This document shows positions 60,062-64,000 of a DNA stretch of 64,000 bases, one piece after another. Each line of letters starts with the position of its first letter. Position 1 is the first letter of the stretch. Location: the NCBI GenBank assembly GCA_037444405.1, contig JBBIML010000013.1:52781-116780 (forward strand). Direction: 5' to 3'. The DNA comes from Armatimonadota bacterium. Lineage in GTDB: Bacteria; Armatimonadota; Fimbriimonadia; Fimbriimonadales; GBS-DC. Made by a program: the position numbers and the translations under genes. The notes below the pieces were generated by a model. The model was given only the letters and a program-made list of their open reading frames with translations. It made no database searches and was not told the DNA's origin.

Positions 60062-61339
60062 ATGCGACGGAAACTATTCTGGCTCGGGATTCTGTTGAGT
60101 GTGGGCATCGGCGCACGCGCCGATCTGCCCAGCTATGTGAAAGCCGAATCGACCTACGACTGGAGCAAGACGCTGGAGGGCAAGGTGCTGAACAGCCAGT
60201 TCGTGGAGATTACGATGGTCTCCCAGAAGTGGCGCGAGTTCACCTGGCGCCATCGGCTGCGCCTGGTGAAGCCGCCTGAGGTGCGCCATCCCGAAACGGC
60301 AATCCTCTACATCACGGGCAGTGGCGACGGGCGCAGCGAACTGCAGCTGATTGCCCGTGCCGCCGAGCGCGTGGGCGCAATTGCCGCCGTGCTGCACGAT
60401 GTGCCCAACCAGCCCCTGATCCGACCCGACCTCGTGGAAGATAACCTTATTGCGCACACCTTCGTGCAGTACGCCGACACGGGCGACGAGACCTGGCCGC
60501 TGCTGTTCCCGATGGTGAAATCGGCTGTGCGCGCGATGGACACCGTTCAGGCGTTCGCCCGGAAAGAGTGGGGACTGCAGGTCAAAGGCTTTCTGGTGAC
60601 GGGCGGCTCCAAGCGCGGCTGGACGACCTGGCTGACCGCGGCGGTGGACACCCGTGTGCGAGCCATCGCGCCGATGGTGTTCGATAACCTCAACTTCTTC
60701 GCCCAGATGCCCCATCAGCTCAAAACATGGGGGCGATACAGCGAGCAGATTTCCGAATACTCGGAGCGCAACCTGATGGAGATGATGAACACCGAGCGCG
60801 GGCGCAAGCTGGTCTCGATGGTCGACCCCTACTTCTACCGCGAGCGCTATACGATGCCCATCCTCATCATCAACGGCGCGAACGATCCCTACTGGGTGAT
60901 CGACGCGGCGCAGTTCTACTTCAACGACCTGCCCTCCACCCGCAAATACGCGCTCTATGTGCCGAACGGCGGGCACGGACTGGGCGATTACGAGCGCGTG
61001 CTGAACAGCATGGCGGCGTTCTATCGCATGGTGGTAGGCGAGCTGGCGTTCCCGAATCGCATCACGGGTTCCGCCAGCCGTCAGGACAACCGCGTGCGCT
61101 ACCGGGTTCAGACCGACGGCACGCCCGAAAAGGTGCAGGTGTGGGTGGCACGCTCGAACACGCTCGATTTTCGCCCGTCGCGCTGGGAGCCAGTGGACGC
61201 CAGCCGTGAAGGGCGCGAATGGGTCGCCACCATCGAAATCCCGCAGGACGCGAACCTCGCCCTGTTCGCCGAGCTGACCTTCCGCGCTGGCGACCAGACC
61301 TTCACCCTCTGCACGATTCCGGTCGTCGTGGGCAAATAG
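60062..61339 (+). CDS. PqaA-like (PhoPQ-activated pathogenicity-related) exported hydrolase
   Basis: Signal peptide, VPNQPL, WPLLFPMVKSAVRAMD, GGSKRGWTTWL and VPNGGH. Confidence 0.88.
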   Translation: MRRKLFWLGILLSVGIGARADLPSYVKAESTYDWSKTLEGKVLNSQFVEITMVSQKWREFTWRHRLRLVKPPEVRHPETAILYITGSGDGRSELQLIARAAERVGAIAAVLHDVPNQPLIRPDLVEDNLIAHTFVQYADTGDETWPLLFPMVKSAVRAMDTVQAFARKEWGLQVKGFLVTGGSKRGWTTWLTAAVDTRVRAIAPMVFDNLNFFAQMPHQLKTWGRYSEQISEYSERNLMEMMNTERGRKLVSMVDPYFYRERYTMPILIINGANDPYWVIDAAQFYFNDLPSTRKYALYVPNGGHGLGDYERVLNSMAAFYRMVVGELAFPNRITGSASRQDNRVRYRVQTDGTPEKVQVWVARSNTLDFRPSRWEPVDASREGREWVATIEIPQDANLALFAELTFRAGDQTFTLCTIPVVVGK

Positions 61340-61341
61340 GG

Positions 61342-62352
61342 CTATCCCGGCGACGGGCAGTTCGGCAGGGCGACCCGCTCCGCTGGCAGGGGCGTGACCA
61401 GCGCCGTCTGCCAGTCCTGCATCAGCGGGAGGGGATACCGGCGCGCCAGCTCGGGGCGGCAATAGAACATTGTGTGAATGCTCAACGGGTAAATCTCCTG
61501 CGGGTGCGCGGCGATGTAGCTGAGCGCGACACGCCGCCCCGCGCGCCGACACGACTCGTCGCAGCTGCCCCGAACATACACGCACATGCGATGCCAGTGG
61601 GTGTAAATCGTGTTGACCTTGACAGAGAGGCAGTCCGCAATTTGCGCGCTGTCCAGGCGCAGGATATATGCCAGCTGCCCGATCGCGCGATGCCGCTCGC
61701 TCAGAGCAAGGCGCGGCGGCTCCGTCAGGAACATCTCCGCCGCCATCTGCGGGAACTGCACCCTGTCGCGCTCCGTCCCCACCAGATAGGGACGATGTTC
61801 CCGATACAGGAAATTGTATCTATCAGGAGTCTTATAGACCGTTAAGCCTACCTGCTCGTAAAATGCCCGCTCCTCCTCGCCGTACACCTCCTTCAGAAAG
61901 GATTTGAGGTAGTAGCCCCGGTGCAGCAGCGGGAAGCTCGCCCACAGCAGCTGTTTGACCGATTGCAGCAGCTCGTGCGCCAGATCAGAGCGCCAGCCGT
62001 AAAACCCCAGCAGGTTCAGCCCCCAACCACGATGGGCACCCAGAATCAGACGGGGAGGAAGAATCTTCTTATAGTCGCCGCGTAACCACACTGTTTGTCC
62101 CACCGGGTTGTGGTAATTGTGGATCAGCTCCTGGCGGAACTCGTCCGAGAGGAACATCGAAAGACCGAAGGCAACGGGCTCGTTCACCTCATCTTTGATG
62201 ACTATCATCAGGGTGTATCCCCGCGAGAGCCGTTCGCGCAGAAAGCCCGCGTATCGTTCCACATTGCTCTCGTTCGAACAGCCGAACACGGTCGGCGCCA
62301 TCGCCACACATGGCAACACATCGTCAGGAACAGCGAAATATGCCCTGAACAT
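61342..62352 (-). CDS. Putative one-component regulator (unknown N-terminal domain plus C-terminal HTH)
   Basis: GGAGGTG RBS; C-terminal LSER.R......L....QIADCLSVKVNTIYTHW resembles a LuxR/sigma4 HTH. Confidence 0.6.
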   Translation of the reverse strand: MFRAYFAVPDDVLPCVAMAPTVFGCSNESNVERYAGFLRERLSRGYTLMIVIKDEVNEPVAFGLSMFLSDEFRQELIHNYHNPVGQTVWLRGDYKKILPPRLILGAHRGWGLNLLGFYGWRSDLAHELLQSVKQLLWASFPLLHRGYYLKSFLKEVYGEEERAFYEQVGLTVYKTPDRYNFLYREHRPYLVGTERDRVQFPQMAAEMFLTEPPRLALSERHRAIGQLAYILRLDSAQIADCLSVKVNTIYTHWHRMCVYVRGSCDESCRRAGRRVALSYIAAHPQEIYPLSIHTMFYCRPELARRYPLPLMQDWQTALVTPLPAERVALPNCPSPG

Positions 62353-62574
62353 CGCTTTTCACCTCCGCCTTTAGCCAGTACCTGTATTATACACCATGTC
62401 CCCTTCGTTTCCTGCCTGGTGTGTAAATGGCTGATGAGAGGGTGGTGTCAAGATTAATTTACACTTGAACCTGATTAAAGCTGTTGCCAGCGCGCATGGT
62501 ACGAGCGTACAAAGGGCGTATAATAGCAGTAGAGCGACGCAGTAACAAGGCGATAGCTCAGGAGGATTCCGATA

Positions 62575-62904
62575 GTGCAGATCAACCTGAAGCTGAATCT
62601 GGATGATGCCCAGCTGGAAAGAGAGCTGGCGCCCCTGCTGAAAAAAGGCGCGGTCAGCACCGCCACGGTAGAGGTGTGCTGCGATTCCGCCGATCCGCAC
62701 GCCCCGCGCCACCGCCTGTCGGACACGGAACGGCGCGTGCTTGAAGCCCTTTCCCGACACGATACGATTAAGGGCGCTGCCCACGCCCTCTGTCTCAGCC
62801 CCGGTACCGTGCGCAAACACCTCGAACATATCTACTTCAAGCTCAATGTCCATAGTATTCACAGAGCGATTGCTGTGGTGCTCCGCTGTGGCTTGATAAG
62901 ATAA
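62575..62904 (+). CDS. Small LuxR-type HTH regulator
   Basis: LSDTERRVL...AAHALCLSPGTVRKHLEHIYFKLNV...AI......GLI; AGGAGG RBS. Confidence 0.85.
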   Translation: MQINLKLNLDDAQLERELAPLLKKGAVSTATVEVCCDSADPHAPRHRLSDTERRVLEALSRHDTIKGAAHALCLSPGTVRKHLEHIYFKLNVHSIHRAIAVVLRCGLIR

Positions 62905-63027
62905 TCCCCCGATTACGACAATCATCGTACCAAAATCCGTCAATTAGTCCTCCCAAAAATGAGCCTTTTGTGGCATACTGGAAGCAAGCAGCCGACAAGC
63001 TGCATTCTCAGAGAGGAGGCAATGCAT

Positions 63028-64000
63028 ATGAGAAACTCTCTGCATCAAGGAGTGACGGACGCCTGCAGGTGTACACCACCCTGGCTGAGGTTCATGCTTG
63101 TCGTGTTGGGCTGCCTCTGGTTTACGATGCTGGCAGCCACTGCCCAGTTCACGCTGGGCACAGGGCGCGTTGCCTCTGTGACCCCGCTCGATGGTGGTTG
63201 CGTCAGCCAGGAGGCGCTACCTTCAGGACCCGAGTTCTGGAATGTCCAGCAGAATCATAGCTACCGAGTCCGCCTCGTTAATGTCACCGAGTGCAACGGC
63301 GACACCATCCATGTCCACCTGTTCAACCCGTTCCGTCGAACGGACGATCCAGAAGACTGCTACACTCCCCGCTGCCTGACAGCAACCCGCGTGGGTGACG
63401 GTGAGTACGAGTTCGTGGTCTCGTGGGGGCAGATCGAAGCGAAGACCTACTTCATTCGATACTGCACCAGCGCGGATTGCGCAACGGGTGGTGTGCTGGC
63501 GCGAAGAAGCGACGGGGGCAATGCGCCCTCGCTCCTGCGCCTCGCGCACTTCGACGAGAACTGCACCTTCATCCGCGAGGACAAGGTCTGCCTCAGTGAT
63601 TGCTGCCGATTCTTCCGCTTCGAGGACCTCGAACTGCCGTGCAACCCTGACCGAATCCCCGACTGCACGGAGCTGGTCGATCGGATCATCTGCGACGATC
63701 CTTCCGGTGAATGCTGTAACTACCGGGTTATCTCCTGTGAGAACGGTCAGGATGAGCCTGATCCCGACCGGGGCGGCTGCTGGATGCGGCGCCAAGTGAC
63801 CTACCGGATTATAACCTTCCTCGATTATGAGATCTGCGAGATCAGGGGCTACATCCGCTGGCAGGAGGACACCGAGCCGCCCACCATCACCCCGCCCGAG
63901 GGGCGCGATCTGGGCTGCAACCCGCCGTTCGTGCCCAACTGCGATGACATCCTCAAGCTGACCCAGATCAGCGACAATTGTGGTCACGAACCGCCGACGG
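63028..64000 (+). CDS. Cys-rich secreted protein with a HYR-like repeat start (runs off the window; absent from the ORF track)
   Basis: AGGAGG 8 nt before ATG 63028, frame open to the end (324 codons), hydrophobic signal ending ATA-Q, 24 Cys counted, DTEPPTITPP...LGC...SDNC. Confidence 0.8.
   Translation, partial: MRNSLHQGVTDACRCTPPWLRFMLVVLGCLWFTMLAATAQFTLGTGRVASVTPLDGGCVSQEALPSGPEFWNVQQNHSYRVRLVNVTECNGDTIHVHLFNPFRRTDDPEDCYTPRCLTATRVGDGEYEFVVSWGQIEAKTYFIRYCTSADCATGGVLARRSDGGNAPSLLRLAHFDENCTFIREDKVCLSDCCRFFRFEDLELPCNPDRIPDCTELVDRIICDDPSGECCNYRVISCENGQDEPDPDRGGCWMRRQVTYRIITFLDYEICEIRGYIRWQEDTEPPTITPPEGRDLGCNPPFVPNCDDILKLTQISDNCGHEPPT

Overview
This is a GC-rich bacterial chromosome segment made up mostly of housekeeping genes: thyX, glmU-prs, cdsA, proS-phoU-yggS-sepF, upp, flgBC-fliEFG, argH, guaB, kdsD, ruvC, nadA, galK, greA, tRNA-Gly(CCC) and tmRNA. 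It combines diderm envelope genes (BamA, Skp, LptF/G, KdsD) with Terrabacteria-type genes (SepF, SigH, SLH and Cu-amine-oxidase-N domains), which suggests Armatimonadota (inference only). Two accessory blocks stand out. The first is an AT-richer island (about 5.3-8.3 kb) with a minimal sigma-like gene showing an abrupt C-rich to G-rich skew flip, a 10-Cys secreted peptide, a secreted orphan protein, a HicB remnant and a DUF433/DUF5615 TA pair. The second is a right-end locus (61.3-64 kb) with two unusual HTH regulators ahead of a very Cys-rich secreted protein that the ORF track missed. Non-coding signals include three REP-like palindrome families (three copies inserted in frame inside enzyme genes), a structured ~113-nt leader upstream of sigH, ECF and sigma28 promoter motifs, a window-wide GG-extended -10 element often 6-9 nt before the start codon, strong avoidance of GGCC and ACGT, a decayed serpin fragment and a TetR gene with a short deletion in its HTH. 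All calls come from motif recognition by eye; no database searches were run.
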